DNA of 64,000 nt from Blasia pusilla (Eukaryota). Made by a program: the position numbers and the translations under genes. Location of the stretch: assembly GCA_050084515.1 (NCBI GenBank), contig CM114271.1, positions 20,336,001 through 20,400,000 on the forward strand. The letters are read 5' to 3'. This document shows, piece by piece, positions 26,520 to 41,100 of the stretch. Numbering within the stretch: position 1 is the first letter of the stretch; the number at the start of each line of letters is the position of its first letter. Under the pieces are notes generated by a model. It saw nothing but the letters and a program-made list of their open reading frames with translations. It was not told where the DNA came from and searched no databases.

Positions 26520-27249
26520 CTTCGCAACCGCAGCCTACCATGAAATCTGACGTGGACGGCCTAAGCATCTACTCCAAGGGCAGGTCCATCACCTCATGTG
26601 CAATCATCTCTGAACGTGATGCAAGAACTCCAACTCCACGCTCACATAGTGTAGCGGCCTGCTGGAAAACCTCGGTGGGCCTACCTCCCAACGTCATAAC
26701 ATCGGAAGTAGAAAATAAAGGAGTGCGGTACACAACAGTGGCCGCCCCCAACAACATGCTTGACACATGCTCCTCCTGAGCATCAACAATAGGAGTCGTC
26801 GCACTTGCTTCTCCCATTGCCCTCCGTGCTTATACACCAACAACATCACCAACTATCCGGGAACTCTGATCAAGACCCATTGATGGGGTCCTCATCGCCT
26901 CACACAATGTGAAGGACTAAGGAAGCCTGGTTTGTTTCTTGGCTTCTCCTGGTATGGATCCAACTCTGCCGTTGCTCCACACGTAACAACTACGGCGGCC
27001 TCCATTTGGGCAACTCTGCACATCCAACCACGATCCTCCATATCTCTTGCAGCTCCGTAAGACGTTGATGCCACGGATCCGGCATCGGATAACTCAATGC
27101 AATAGCATAAATTTGCTCTTGTAACTGCTATAGCTGTTGTATCTGAGCAGCCATCCCAACCTCACACCGAGCGTCTCCCTTGACGTGTCTAGGTGGTGTG
27201 ACTCTACCTCCTCCACGGGCAACTCCACCACCCTATCGGGCAACTCCAG

Positions 27250-28350
27250 CTCCTCGTCCCCCAACGGGATCACCTCGTGCACGACCTCTAGGCCCACCGG
27301 GACCGCTTACTCGCTCAAGTGCCCTCTCTGGCCCTCGGTCCTGGACGTAACTCAAGGTGTGTGTGTGACCTTACCTCTCACAATAGTCACACTGATAATC
27401 TCTTGGTGCACCACCATCTCCTCCATGCTGAGGCACACGTCCATGACCGTGACGAGTGCAATCACGTTGATGATGAGCTCCACCGCATGACCAACAGTAA
27501 TCATAGGCGGTTGCTATTGAGCCACATATGAAGGCGCAGGTCTGTGTGGCACGACCTCCCGAGATCCTCCTTGAGCTTGTGGTGCCACAGTCAACCTATC
27601 TCGGAGTCCACGTTGCTGCACTGGTGGTGAAGACAATCGTGACTGCTCCCGCCTAGAACCCCTCGTGGCTACGCTCTCCTCCGCCATGTTGCACTCAATG
27701 TTCTCAGCAATCTTAAAGACATCTCTCAACGTAGGGGAGGTGTTCATAAGAAGCACCCCTCCCGCACCCGTGTCCGTAGGGTCCGGTCCAACATTGCATA
27801 CCATGACTAGATAGCCTGAGCCTTTGTCACTCCCTGAGTGACGTTGATCAACCGGCGTAAGCGAGTGTAAGCCTCACGCAAACTCTCACCCGGGTGCCTC
27901 TTGAAGACGTGGATGCTCCAAAACTTCTCCGTTCGTACCCCTCGGTAGCTCGCCCTCAACTCAGCGAAAAACTCAACCACGGGGTTGAACCTAGGACAAA
28001 CCCGACTAGACGGTGCAACTGCTTCAGTGCGAGTGACCCCTCCTAAAACATCACTAGTGAAAGAGGAAGTATCCTCTCCCGACTCCTTGACCTCATCTGG
28101 GAATGGCTCCGTCCATGACACATAGTGTGGGTCATAGTAGAGTTGCCATGCCTCAATTTCTTGGGCATATCTGTGGGAGAACTCATGGTAATCGTCCATG
28201 GGCGCACCCTCAAAATGCTGGAACATACCATTCCATGATGTAAACGGGTTGAACTCTCTAGAGTTCCTAGCTTGCTGTGAGTCACACCAACTCCTAAACT
28301 CAACAATGAAGTCGTGTAGCTCTATATTGCCTACAACACCCAAAAACCTA
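27250..28350 (-). pseudogene. Gag (capsid-like region plus two CCHC zinc knuckles), copy 2
   Basis: ORF 27807-28343 (…RHPGESLREAYTRLRRL…); knuckles CWSCGGAHHQRDC and CDYCER*GH read at ~27500-27360. Confidence 0.8.
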
Positions 28351-30209
28351 CGCTATCCTCTATCCCGGTCATCCATCTCGTACGCCCAACTGGTATGACC
28401 ACTCAATTAGGTACAATGGATCACAAACACACTCCTCTACACGCTTCCCCTCGTGTGAAGATGACACAGAAGGAGATCGAGGTGGTCTCTCACGTGGAGA
28501 CCCTCAAAACCTCGGACCACTCCCGGTAAACCCTCCAGAGCTACTCTCAGGTTCACTACCTTGCCTCTCAAAATTCTGAAAGGACACCGTGATGGCCCTC
28601 GTGGCCCTCGTGGCCCTCTCACACAATCACTCCCAATCTTGCAAGTAATCCCTCAATCACTCAAACTAAACATGCGGCACTCAATCTACACTCTCTCACT
28701 AAGACATGTGTTGTGCGGCAACAAGGAGCGTGGTGCGGCAAATCAACTGATCTATCATCTCATCGACAAACCATCCTCAACTCTGGACATCCCACATAGA
28801 TCTATGTCCCCTAAACCCTTACATCATCGATGCTCTCAGCATCAACACGAAACCCAATATCCCAAATAACTTCCCAAGACCTAAAAATCCCTCACACGTG
28901 CAGGATAAGAGACCAGAATGGGTAACCTGACAATAATGTCGATGTCGCTCCTCGGAAACTACAAATCTCGATCCCAACTTGGCCGTGAAGATAACTCCTC
29001 CAATCAGCAAGTCGTACTTCTCTCGTACTGATGCTGCTCAAACCTCCTCGATGTACGGTGCAGGTCCAGTAGTCCGGTGCGGCACTGGCGGCACGGAATG
29101 ACTACAAATGGCACGGCACTTGGGAATGGGGTGTGACACTCTGTGGCATACCCTCCTCAATAAAAAATTCATACACTCTCCTCCTTAGTGAAGGAGCGGC
29201 TTTGTGATGGAGATGGTGCAGTGCGGCCACGAGCGGCACGAGGCAGCAATCGGCGGTGTGTTACGACTATCAGCGTAACGGCAGGATACTCGATCGTCGT
29301 CGAGCGGCTACTAATCACAACATAGCAGCATGAAATGAAAACTCAAACACCATAACGTGAGATTGCCTGCCATCACTGGTTGATGACGAAACTACAATGA
29401 TGGTGGCGGCCAAACCAAAGTACGTGGTGGCGGGGAAGTCAGAAAACCAACGGTCGTCGTGGAAGACCCTCCACTATGTAATGGTGGCAATGGCAACCAA
29501 GGGTGGACAATGGCCGAACACGGCTTTGAGTAGCACTAGGCGGCGGCGGCGGCCGACGGTGGACTGTTGACGGTGATGGTTGACCGTGGATGGTGACGGC
29601 GGACCGTTGACGATGAAGATGATGGTTGACCGTCGACAACGGATCATTGACGTTGACTATGACGACGACGGCTTTAGGGTTTGAACAATTTAACCCTAAA
29701 AAATTGCCTAGCAATGACAGTTTTGCAAGATTGACCATAATTTTTTTCTTACAACTCCAAATTGCGCATTGTCTTGCACAGCGTGCACAGCTTCACGATC
29801 TACGACGGCGGAAAAAAATATTTTGAATCGAACATTCGAGTAAAAAGTGGTCGGGACTATTGTAAAGCCCAATGTCTCTTTCTCCTACACAAGATTCGGG
29901 ATCGCTTCCACGCTGATTTCTCCCATAAAAATCTAAAACGTGTGAGAACACAAATCAGCTAGTTACATGGTGCTCTCGAGAGCACCGGCATGGAGCAATC
30001 CGCCCCCATACTCAATTCCTATCGAAAATTGGGCAGCGCTTCTGCGTGGCACTCTCCCGTACAAAAAATCAGCAAAGCAAAATAGCAAACTCGCATGGCT
30101 CTTGCTCCAGTGAGCACTCCCATGAGCCATGAAGTAGGAAACACGATCCCCCAACCTGCACCAAACATCGAGCAACCAGCAAGCTCCCCCATGAAGCTCT
30201 CTCATTCAG

Positions 30210-30717
30210 TCATTCTCTCTTTGTAAAATAAGATCCAATCTCTCTCACAACACCATAGTTCTTACATGTCTCTCTCAATGTCAAACCAAACCCATTCTCC
30301 TAATGAGAGGCTTGGATTACACTCACAAGGCAAGTAAGCTCCATCGCCTCATGCCAAGAGGTTCAACAAAGAGAGAATGAGCTCTCACACTCTCTCTCCT
30401 TGAGGTATACCCCTCTCCTCTCCCAAGCTCTCTCCATGGTAACCTATGCTCCCGAGTCACCTCCTTGGCTCTTGACCTGATGTAAGAGGTCAAAGGCCAT
30501 TTACCAAAAATATAAAGTCGATCATATACTCAAAATGGTACTTACCTAAAATAGTAAGTTTCACAATATGGCTCCAAATGAGCCGAACGAAGGGGAAACC
30601 TGCTCTCTCAGGTTTCTTGAAGCCGCAATAGGTCATCCTCGACCTCTTGAGCCTGTTCTCCACTACTCGCGAAGGCGCTTTACTAGATCTCACCTATCTA
30701 TCCTAGAAGACGTGACA
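30210..30717 (-). repeat. 5' LTR (segment B) of Gypsy copy 2
   Basis: Similar to 4960-5463 and ends at the same cgtgaca terminus. Inner boundary uncertain; segment A is absent or highly diverged. Confidence 0.85.
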
Positions 30718-30789
30718 CATCTCTCTTCTTTGACCGTTTATCCCACGCCCTAAATGATTCGAGGATAATATTCATCCTCCATAATTTCC

Positions 30790-31386
30790 TCAAATAGTAG
30801 GAGATCACGAAGAATCTGAAGTGGAACGTATTTTCAAGAAACGCACTCGAGGAACTTATCACCAACGAGTCAAATATTTGGTCCAATGGAAAGGATATCC
30901 AGTATTTGAAGCCACATGGGAACCCTCAACCAACTTGGCCAATGCACTATTAATAGTGAAAGTTCTCACAACGAGGACATTGTGTCTTAAATGGGGGAAG
31001 ATTTGTAACCATCTTTTGTTAGTCATAGTTAAGTTAGAATCTATGACATGTAGTGCATAAGGGAGAAAGAAGCAACCAAAAAGAGAAAAGGTAAAAAATA
31101 TGAGATAAGGACGAGATTGGGGAAGATGAGATACGGATATTAGAATCCTAAGAAGATCCTCTCATGCCATGAGAATAAGACACATGGCATAAGGATAAGA
31201 AGAGCGAATTTATCTTCAATGTACCTATCTTTAGGTATATAAAGGAATAATAGAGGCCTTGAGGGGCATTCCTTTGAGCAACTCTAGAGTGGTTTTGTGA
31301 GTTGGAAAGTTATAATGACACTCATATCTCAAAGAAGGATAGAAAAGCATGAGATCTACCCTTAAGCTTCAATAGAATTTACTACA
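30790..31386 (+). mobile_element. Chromovirus (Gypsy) 3' remnant: chromodomain, PPT and start of LTR
   Basis: VERIFKKR...KYLVQWKGYPVFEATWEPSTNLANA (chromodomain), then gaggac...atgggggaag PPT and TG at 31004. LTR end uncertain. Confidence 0.75.
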
Positions 31387-32371
31387 AAGACCTAGTAGAT
31401 TGGCTTGCAAGCCAACAAGATGTAGACCTAGAGAGCATGGGAGTATTATGCTTTGACATATTTGGTCTCCCTGATCTTAATGATGATGTTATCATATTAT
31501 CACATTATGCAAGTATTTTTACCCCCAATATGGAAGTAGTCTCGAGAGTGAAATATAAATGGACTTCATCGTTTGACTAGTGGCCATGGAGGTACAAGTC
31601 CTTATGAATATCCTATAGAAGAGGGAACTCTTCATGCAACCCAAAGTCCATCCATCGCTCCCACAGGTCTATCCACAATCTTCAAACCTTGATCAATCCC
31701 TAGACCCCCGGCCTCGATCATAAACCCTAACGTCACCACAAACCTACCCGCTCGTGTAGCCCTATTGTGGCTCCAATCAAGGACTATGGTCGGGGGAAGA
31801 GTTGTTTTAGGAATCCTACCCTAACCCTCCGCCTTAATTAACCCTAAATAGTGGCCATAGTCCGATGTGTGGTGTGGCCATTAGATCACAAAGGGAATGA
31901 TCCAACAAGGGAGATATCGATGCCCTTAGGCATTCCACTGCCTTTCCCAACTTCTCACATTCGCTTCCCTCCCTTCGGGCCTACCCGGCCCTTTGTCCCA
32001 CTCTCCCCTCATTTTGTTCCTTCCTTCCAATCGCTTGTATTCCCCTGACTAATTGCGTTGTACTCGTCCCCATTGCTCTTCTCTCATATCTACTCCAACC
32101 AAGGTTGCATGGGCTCAAGCATGGTTGTTGAGCCCGCCATGTGGAGGCACAGCCACAGATTGTGTGTGCCACAAAACCGATGCGGGCTTGGCGAGCTCGG
32201 GTCTACGCTACGTGCTCATGGACGGGCTCAAAAGCGGGCTAGGGGCATCCGAGTGGCATGTACGTGGACATGTCCATTTTCGTGCAACCTAGCTTGGCTA
32301 CAACTCACTTGACTCCATCTGCTTTCCTCTTGTCTCCACTCTTGCTCGCTCATATATTCATACGCTTGTGT

Positions 32372-32923
32372 CAAGGTTGCATGGAAACGTAAAAGTCTAT
32401 CCATGGGACGGATATGCCTAGCCGACACCTAACCTTGCTAAGTAGACCTAGGCTGACAAAGCCCGCACTTGTTGCAGGGCAGGGTCGTGCAACAAGCGGA
32501 CCCGCCTTGCAAGCAAACTCGTGCAGGGCCTGCATGGCACAGTGAAAGTCCATAGGGGGCCTGCGGAGAGCCTGCCCAAAGCCCGCAGGAGGCCTCTTAT
32601 GGGCTTCCAGTCCACCATGCAAGCCGTGAGCAAGCCGTGAGCCCACCATGCGGGCTTGGCCCCCATCGGCCCATTGGGTCGGAGCCCGCCCAATGGGGGC
32701 CAAGACTGCCTTGCGGGCAAGGTTGCAAGCCCAAGCGGGCCACGTAATGGGTCTAGGCTCCATCATCCCTGGTCTACGCGGCAAGCTTCGGGCGGGTTTG
32801 GGTGCGGGCCGCGGGTACCCAAGCCCGCACAGAATGCCATGGATATGTGCGTTCATAGGAAAGATAGAAGTCTGCGGATATGGATATGTCTGTGGACACA
32901 AAATTTGTCTATGTGCAACCGTG
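32372..32923. mobile_element. hAT-type MITE with 8-bp TSD
   Basis: TIRs caaggttgca / tgcaaccgtg; flanks gcttgtgt (32364-32371) and ggttgtgt (32924-32931) match 7/8; GC-rich gcccg/cgggc interior. A shorter relative lies at 32100-32292. Confidence 0.75.
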
Positions 32924-35137
32924 GGTTGTGTGCTCGTGCGCCTTGATGCTGGTGGGATCCATGAGATCATGGCTTGAGAGCGCACTCATGATTGTATACG
33001 TCTTCCTTGTCCTTCCCTAAGAGCTTGAGTGTTCCTTATATGCCTTTGTGGTGGATTGGTGGGGAGTCTTTTTCATCAAATCTCTCTCTCATCGATGGCC
33101 AAACGTGTAATTGTACCTTCTTGCTCAAAACCCACGCTACACGAGTTTGAGGTGCTTGTGTAGCATAGCTGCAATGACATCACAACTTGCCTTTTTGTAG
33201 GTGCAGTCATACTTACGTTCATAGCCGAGCTCATACTTGTTCTAACCACGTTACAAAGTAGTTCATAGTTGAGGCACTCTTGGCTACTTGTGCATCTGCA
33301 TTCCTAGCTGCTTGTGCATTGCTTTCGCACTCATAGTTGTAGCTCTTCAATTTTAGATGCAAAGTAGGTGTGTTTGACATTACGAATGGGGGTGAGGATT
33401 CATAGCCAAGCGCATTCATGCAACAATGTTACAAAGTACTTGAGTCCCTTTGCGCATCACCATAGTCTGGAGCTTGTGAAGGACTCAACTACATGCTCCA
33501 AGAAGGAGTGATGTCTTCGAGTGGATTTTTATAGTCACTCACTAGGGTAGATTTATTGAGAGGGGTGGAAGACCATTTGTTGCCTTCCAAAAGTGAAATA
33601 TCTCCATGCTTTACCCCGTAATCATGGTTGTACCAAAACAGACAAGTCCTTCCTTAGGGACGGACATGGGTTCCAAGAGATGGGACCCACTTTTTTAGGC
33701 CATGATGGAAGGCAAAGCAAAGGATGAGAGGAGCATTGAGCAATGAAGAAATGGAGGAGTATGGAACATTGAGGCAAGTAAGAGAAATGAGAAAGAAGGG
33801 AAAAGAGAGACCCACAAATCCTTCCATAAGAAGGATATAAATTCACCCTGCCCGTGATACTTATTCGATGAAACTACAACCATTTGGCAACGGTTCATGG
33901 CAAATAAGGCTTCATGATGAACCCAGACTCCGCTTACATCCCATCCCGTGCTGCGAAGTACAAACCTGCCAGAGGTGTTCGACGTATGTTCTGGTGCAGT
34001 TCTAAGTGACGATTAGCCTAGAGGCGCAGGGTGTGGAATCATCGGATGATGGTGCTCTACATTGAGGTGCAACACTTGGAAGTTTTGGAAGGAAAGAAGA
34101 TCGAGATGGATGTATGATGACGGACGGTGGGGCCGTGATTGTGAGGACTGTGATGAATAGTCCAGACAAACACTCAAAAGAAAAGCCAAGGGAGGAAGCG
34201 GAACACCGACGGAAGGCAGTGAAAGGCGCTTCACTTTCGGGAGGAGATCGACAGAATCTTGGACAGTAGATCAGAAGGAGCTCCTGAAGAGCGGTCGCGA
34301 GAAACCGTCCACGTTTGCGTGTATAAACATGGGAGTCTCCAGGAACATATAACACTTGTTCAATCAATTTGACGAGCGGTGGGCCTCCGCAATGGATGTA
34401 AATATATTATTGGCCACTCCTCGAATCCGAGCGTCACCTTAGCTTTGTTCAAACAGAATCTTCGACTTCTACTTGTCACGTGAAGGATCCACATGCCACA
34501 GCTGGAAGCATCACCATTCGCCAAGTCTGAATCTTTCCTACTTTTCCCGGAGGCTGGCAGGAAGCATGCGCGTGCATGCGGTTGTTATCTACAACTGACA
34601 AGTCATAGACATAAATGTCGAAATTTCGACATTATTGGTTTCCCACTCGTATGATGCCATGTTATAATGACTCCTGCTACTTTAATTCCTCACAGCTGGA
34701 AAGGAAGTGAGCTCTCCTTCAATTTTTGCCACTCGTCGAGATGAAGCAACCACACTTCGATCGCTTAGAAGCGTCTCTCCTACATATTACACGAATCATC
34801 TACTTTCGGCTAGCTGCATGCCTTCGCGCGTCAACGTACCTCCGCGCAGCTAGGCGGGTAGGTGCTCACTTATACTATGACCCGTTTACGTGCATGTAGA
34901 TTTTCCCACTGGGGCCGTCGCAGGGGGGATGCACCGGTGCCGCTCCGATGCCGCTGTAGTCTATCTGGAGCTCCTTCCGGGCGTGAACTAGTTCCGAGTG
35001 GGAACGAACAGAGTACTCTCGAGAGTTGTAGGTAGCTTACCAGTACGCGGCGGGTTAATTAATGGCAGCGATGACGAACGAAAGCAAATTAAGTTGTGAT
35101 GGCGCATGATATCTGGTCTGACAGAATGTGATCGTGA

Positions 35138-38100
35138 TCATGGCCGAGCTTTGATATTATGACGGCAGATCGAAGAGTAGCCTTTTCCGCCGAAGTAGAA
35201 ATGAGAACCCCAGTCGGTGTAGTTGGAGCCGAGTATGGCGTTATAGCAGTATGGGGCCTCTGGCTTCCCGAGGTAAAGGCGAGCGTCCCGGAGCTCGTGG
35301 TGTTTGTCTATTACCTGAATGTTGCGTTGGTAGGCAGCAAACTTGTGCCCTGCTGAAGGGTGGAGACCACTTCCCATCTGGGTCTTGGTGTGTCGGTAAC
35401 CATCGGCTTCCTCGTCGTCGATTATTTCTCCACCAAATTCGATGTAACTTGCGGATTTGCGCAGCTGACCGGTGAATATCTCGGATGGCCAGTAGCCTAC
35501 AGGTTCGCCGTTGAGCTGCAGCCACCAGTTTCCACTCACTTTGTCCTGTTCCATTTGTTCATGAATTCCACATGTGTATACGTAATTAGAATACGAGAGC
35601 CTCGGGCCATTAGTTGAGCCAGGGCGTGGTCAGATCGTTCATTATTTGCTTCAAAGTCTCGTAAAGTTGAAACTGATCCCCCTCCAAAAGGTCATTTGGA
35701 GAGAGGGAGCCAGAGTTTCATAATGCTTGAACTGAAACTCTGCAGGGGACATCTATTTACCTATTCTTCGTGTTCCTGGACACTGGGATAGAGAGACAAA
35801 GAATTTCATTTCCACACCTAACTTCCGTGCATATCTAATTTACGGTCAGAGCTGAGTTATGAGCAATGCAGTCGGAGGAATACAGTTTGTCTCTTTCTGG
35901 AAACAAAGCGATGGCCAACCATTCAACGCCGCAAGCCTTCAGATGGCGTCCTTGCGCAGAGGGACGAAGAATTCCCCCCGCCTGGACTCGTGAGCCTTTC
36001 AAGCCCAGTTCCCTTTACAATGGGATTAGGCTACGGTGCAAATGAGAAGTGCCGTAAGGGGTTGTGGGCAAAAAGCTGAAATCCGAATTTCGAAACCAAA
36101 GATATCCGCTTGTTGGAATCTACACTTTGCAGAAAGTTCTCAAAAGTGGAGAGCGCTAGGGGCTCGCAAGTGAGGCACGTGCTTTATGACAGATCCCGGG
36201 CACGTGCTAAGTTCTAGAGCTCGGATTCATCCATACACATAGATGGCTACGGGATTCTTCGTCACATGGTCCAACCCTATGCGAAAATTAACTTGTTTAG
36301 CACTCAAAGGTGGAAACAGGAGGCTTACCTTGAACACAAAAAGATCAATCTCGTACTGTGTGGAGTTAAATTTTGAGCTGGGTGTGAAGGAACCACCCAC
36401 GACCACTTTGTTGCTGACTTGCACAAATCCTGAACAGTATAAGTTGTAGCATCCTGTGACGTTATACGCATCTGCCTGCTCACAATCCGCAATACAATTC
36501 TTGATCTGATCAGATTTCCCTTACCAAAAAGGTCGTTCACCGAGCACCAACAACTTCCCTTTTCAAGACTCTGGACCGGATATATTTCTGCAATGCGGTG
36601 GGTGAGGCCGTCAAGAGTTACACCCTTGTCGTCGAATTACAAGTCGTCATGAATGCAAGCCATAGTCTTCATGAGCTTAACAGAGAGCTAGATTCCTGTC
36701 CGACGGACAGAGTTTAGCTATCTTTGAAGGTTGAGATCTGGTTTCTCAAGAGTCCTCTCTACTTGTGAAGGCTATTGACCGGGAAGGCTTCAATAGTGGA
36801 GCCCGGAATCCGAGCTTAGCCTGGCCAAAGAGCTACAATCTGGAGCTCTGATAGTATAGAGATGGACCACGCATGTAGAATCAATCACTTGTAAGCGGAT
36901 GGAGTGCTCCCACGTTAGCATAGTTACATGTATGTAGCTTCTAACTGGTTTCCGTGCACAAGCTTTGCAAGATATCGAGCGAGCGAGCGAGAGAGCGAGT
37001 CCTTAAGCAAGCAAGCAGGCAAGATCCATAGAACCACGTATCGGAAAGCCTTAAATCTAGCACATGGACGACTGACCCTCGGGATGTCGAGTCAGCGACG
37101 TGTAAGTGAAGAGAATACACCGGCTACATGCGATTTTGCATAAAGTTCTAGATAGTTAGCTGGTGCACGCGGCTGCCTTGTCGACGTCTTTGCAAACTCA
37201 GCAATGGGCCCACTGCAGCTGCCGGCGACTGCCAGTGGAATCATTACTGAGTGAGTTTGGGAACTTGTCGCTAGTGATTACGATCAAGAGAAAATGAGAG
37301 AGAGGGAGGGAAGGAGGGTGAGGGACACAGAGAGATAGAGGGCACACCGTCCAGAAGATGAAAAGGCGTGGTAGATTATCACCGTACAGGCCTTCGAATA
37401 CCTGCAGCACAGGCCACAGGGCCAACGTCGTCATTAATCGATCTTCAAGCTGGAGCTAAGCACCATCATTTTTAGACAAATACTCCCACGATTATTACGA
37501 ACGTAAATGTATGATTGCTCTAACTGGCTAGTAATTACTAGCATCGATCGATATCAGTTTATTTTTCGGAGCTCCTGGAATCATGACATTACAGCGTTCC
37601 ATCAAAACAGCACCAAGTCCGTCATGGTACAGGTAGATCTCCACAAACGGACTCCCTATATCCCACAGCCATGTTTATTGAGGCCGATTCAACATGCATG
37701 TACGCGATTACTTACAGCTGGCTTTCAATTCAACAAATCAGCTGTTGATGATCTGCACATCAGTCGCCGCTAGCAAACGACTGATGCTCGAAATACTCGT
37801 CGTGGTTGAACTCAACATTGAAGTCTCTAAAGATAATGTAAGATTATGAAAGATCGACTTATTCAATCCGAATCCGTGTTGCATTAGTACATGGGATCAT
37901 TAGTACTCATTTACTTGTAATTTTCACTAGTGGACTAGTCCGCAGCTACGTATACGGATCTACATGTGGACCCTCTAGCACTAAATATGTACGGCCAAGG
38001 TCTACATTTGAATATGGCGCCAGTGTTGTTCCCCACGAGCGGCTGGAAGTATGTTCAACGTGGAATCAAAGCAAGTTCAAACTTCTAGCGTGGCCCAATA

Positions 38101-41100
38101 AACTAAGTCGTACACTGCTTTCCGTTTAATTTTAAACTCGTGGGAATGGTTAAATCCCGAGGGAGAACTGGAAATCTACTGACTCTAAGTCTATGAACTA
38201 ACGTAGACCTTTTTTTGATAAATCCTTCCATTGGCATCAAGGTCTGGACGCATTTTGGAGGGAACATGAGTCAGTAATCATGTGGAACGCAAACACTGAA
38301 AGGATGTTCAGCCGTAAACGGTGTTACAGGAAACACAGTGCCGCGTCCTTACAGTCACTGTAGAGTCTAGCCTGAATGTCAGTTACCAAGGTTCTCTAGA
38401 CGTATAGAGGCAGGCAGATTCAGAGGAAACTAGACCAAAATGCAACCTCAGGATCGGACCCGTACAGTTATCGAAAACTGGGCCATCATTTAAAAGCTGA
38501 AAGTGAGACTCACACGAGTCCTCGACTCAAGAATTAGAACTATGCGTGTACAATGTTGCAGAAAAATTCTATGCTAGCTACTTTTCACGAAGCATAATGA
38601 GTGAACCACAACGAAGTTAGAATTTCGTGCAGCTTTTGGCACGTGGTCCACTCAGATGGATTAGAAGATGATTACTCTGATAATGGTTCGGAAATGAAAA
38701 GAGACTGGAAGTACCTGCCACCCGGCTTCAATAGTGTTGAGAATTGTATAAGATGTGTTGCCCCAGTAGGATCCACTGATCATCCAAAGTTGGGCCAAGC
38801 TGAACTCGTGCTTATTTTCGACATATGGACTCCATAAGTTCAAAATCACCTTCGCACCTTTGAAGGTTCTCGAGTCATTCACGACAACAAAGGCATGCTG
38901 CATGAGGAATGTCCATCCGTCAATCAAATGGCCCATGCGTGCACGTACATGTATGAAAATCTATGCAATCCGCACATTTTAAGCTGCAAGTTTCGTGTTA
39001 AGTTAAAGCTTCGCTTCGAGTGTATGCGTCATATCTTGCTGGCACGGGTACTTTGTGTAGACTTACGTTGTTACTTGTGATCATATTTAATGTTCTAAAC
39101 TTCTAACGGCTGTAATGGCTACTTCACCACTACGGAATCTGTTCATTGACACTACCTATTTAGACAAACAATAATGTGAAGGAATGAAACTACTCCGATG
39201 CAAACACACATGTATCTCACGAGAAACTACACGCATACTTCTTACGTACATCTACACTCAAGATTGGAACAGGGAATGAGAATATGCGACGCATTGAGAA
39301 CTCCTCTATTAGTTTACGTGTACATCGTTTCAGGGGATGCGAATACGGATCTATGCGGCAACCTTCTCCTGTCGACTCACTAATAGAGATCAGCGCCATC
39401 TCTCGAGTCTCGCTGCCTACTTACAGCGTTCCAACAACTGTACGCGGATTATGAACTCATGGATATGTGAGAGCTAGCTGACGGTGTACACCTAAACCGT
39501 GGAGAAGAACATTTAGACGTACCAATATATTGTACACCAATCATACATCCACAAGCACATACCTCGTGCGGACTGACCCAAATATCATCCGTATAGTTAT
39601 TGCTTTCCAACGGCTGAGAAGATTGGCGTTGAGTTGTGAAGCTTGGCGGGAAGCTTTTCTTGATCCCTCGGTAATGTCCATGCGACTGCAGTTTGCTGAT
39701 CTCATGGCTTTCAGTACCATGAGATGCATAAGCCGGAGATGTCAAATTATACAAGTCTCGGGATTTACGCACGGGTATTGTACCCTCAGGACACGATCCA
39801 GCTTCCACGCTGAACAATTGTGTGGCAACCGTGGCACCCCGGGGATTAGATGAAACCCCTGATTTTTCGCGCTTGACTTTTGGGAATCGGGAGGGTCGCA
39901 GCTGGAAATATGACACAATGAAGAATGGAGTTTAGAATCGAGCTCGAGTGGATTACTGTCACATCGTCATGGATACAGATTGGGCAAGAGGCGTTATATC
40001 TGTACTCCCAGACTGATACGTACTAATTTCACGCGAATTCCAGATCTAGCTAGGTCCTGCTACTGTGAGTGATAGTCCTGCTACGTCAAGCCAAGAGTCT
40101 GTACAGCCTGACAAGGTGCTAACACTCGAACCGTACGTACTCCAGATTTGAGGCTGAGGTCGACCTTCTTATGATTACGAGTGACATATATATCACAGTT
40201 CTAAGACTTCTAGACTCCACGGAATAAGTGAAAATGAGATGTCATGACATCGACATGATCCATATACATATGCATGTCACCATGGTTTGCGCCAATACCA
40301 CAGTTTCAAGCATCCCACCGGGAAAAAAAAAAAAACTATCATGATACCGATACCGATCAGAGACGATCATTATTAGTATATTCCAGCGGATGTAATACTG
40401 GACAGAATTGAGATTGGGAAGCGTTTTCTCTCTCTAGTACACAAATCCGAACGAACCTGTACGGCGCGCTGACCGGTGAGCGGGATGCCTAGAACTTTGA
40501 AGCGTCAAGATTGGTTGTGAAGCGTACCTGCAAGGGAACGATGGGATCTTTCAGCGATCGCTGATGGCCAATAGGAATGCAAGTCACCGAGTCGCCGTCC
40601 GCAAGCTGTACATTGTAACACCATTGATATCGGAAGTCAGGCTCAAAGTTGACACATGCACCAATTATTGAACAATCATAAGGACATCCTCTCAAGCTCC
40701 GATTAATGATAACGTTGTCTGAACAGACGAGCCGGCCAAGTCACGTTCCATTGTACCGCGAAGCTCTCGATCATACAGGTCTACACATGTACGAAATGAT
40801 TCTCAAATTGTTCGAATTTACAAGTACACCTGTTTAGCTATCTAGGAACATTGTCTAGAAATCGTATGTACAGATCTTCAATCTTCAAGAATCTTCATGA
40901 TCAGTATGTCTATCTGCGTCGTAGCAGTTTACATCCCCAAGTCCATCATTATGACTAATTTTTTACCGGGAACACAAATTCATGAATGCGGATGACAACT
41001 TACTGAGTAAGTGAGTTTAGCCTGGGTAGTCTGAGCCTTATCGAGAGCGCCCTTTCCAAACTTGGCATGAACCGCATCGACAGTCACTCGTAACTTAGAA

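Larger units (their letters stand above)
23703..30717 (-). mobile_element. Gypsy copy 2 (5' LTR-UTR-gag-PR-DNMT-RT), 3'-truncated inside RT
   Basis: Same domain order as copy 1; ends shortly after the YIDD motif (~23765-23790), where it abuts copy 1 gag. Confidence 0.92.

Noticed and set aside
33050-33950. Possible decayed transposase fragment
   Set aside because: Multiple stops in all frames and no diagnostic motif.
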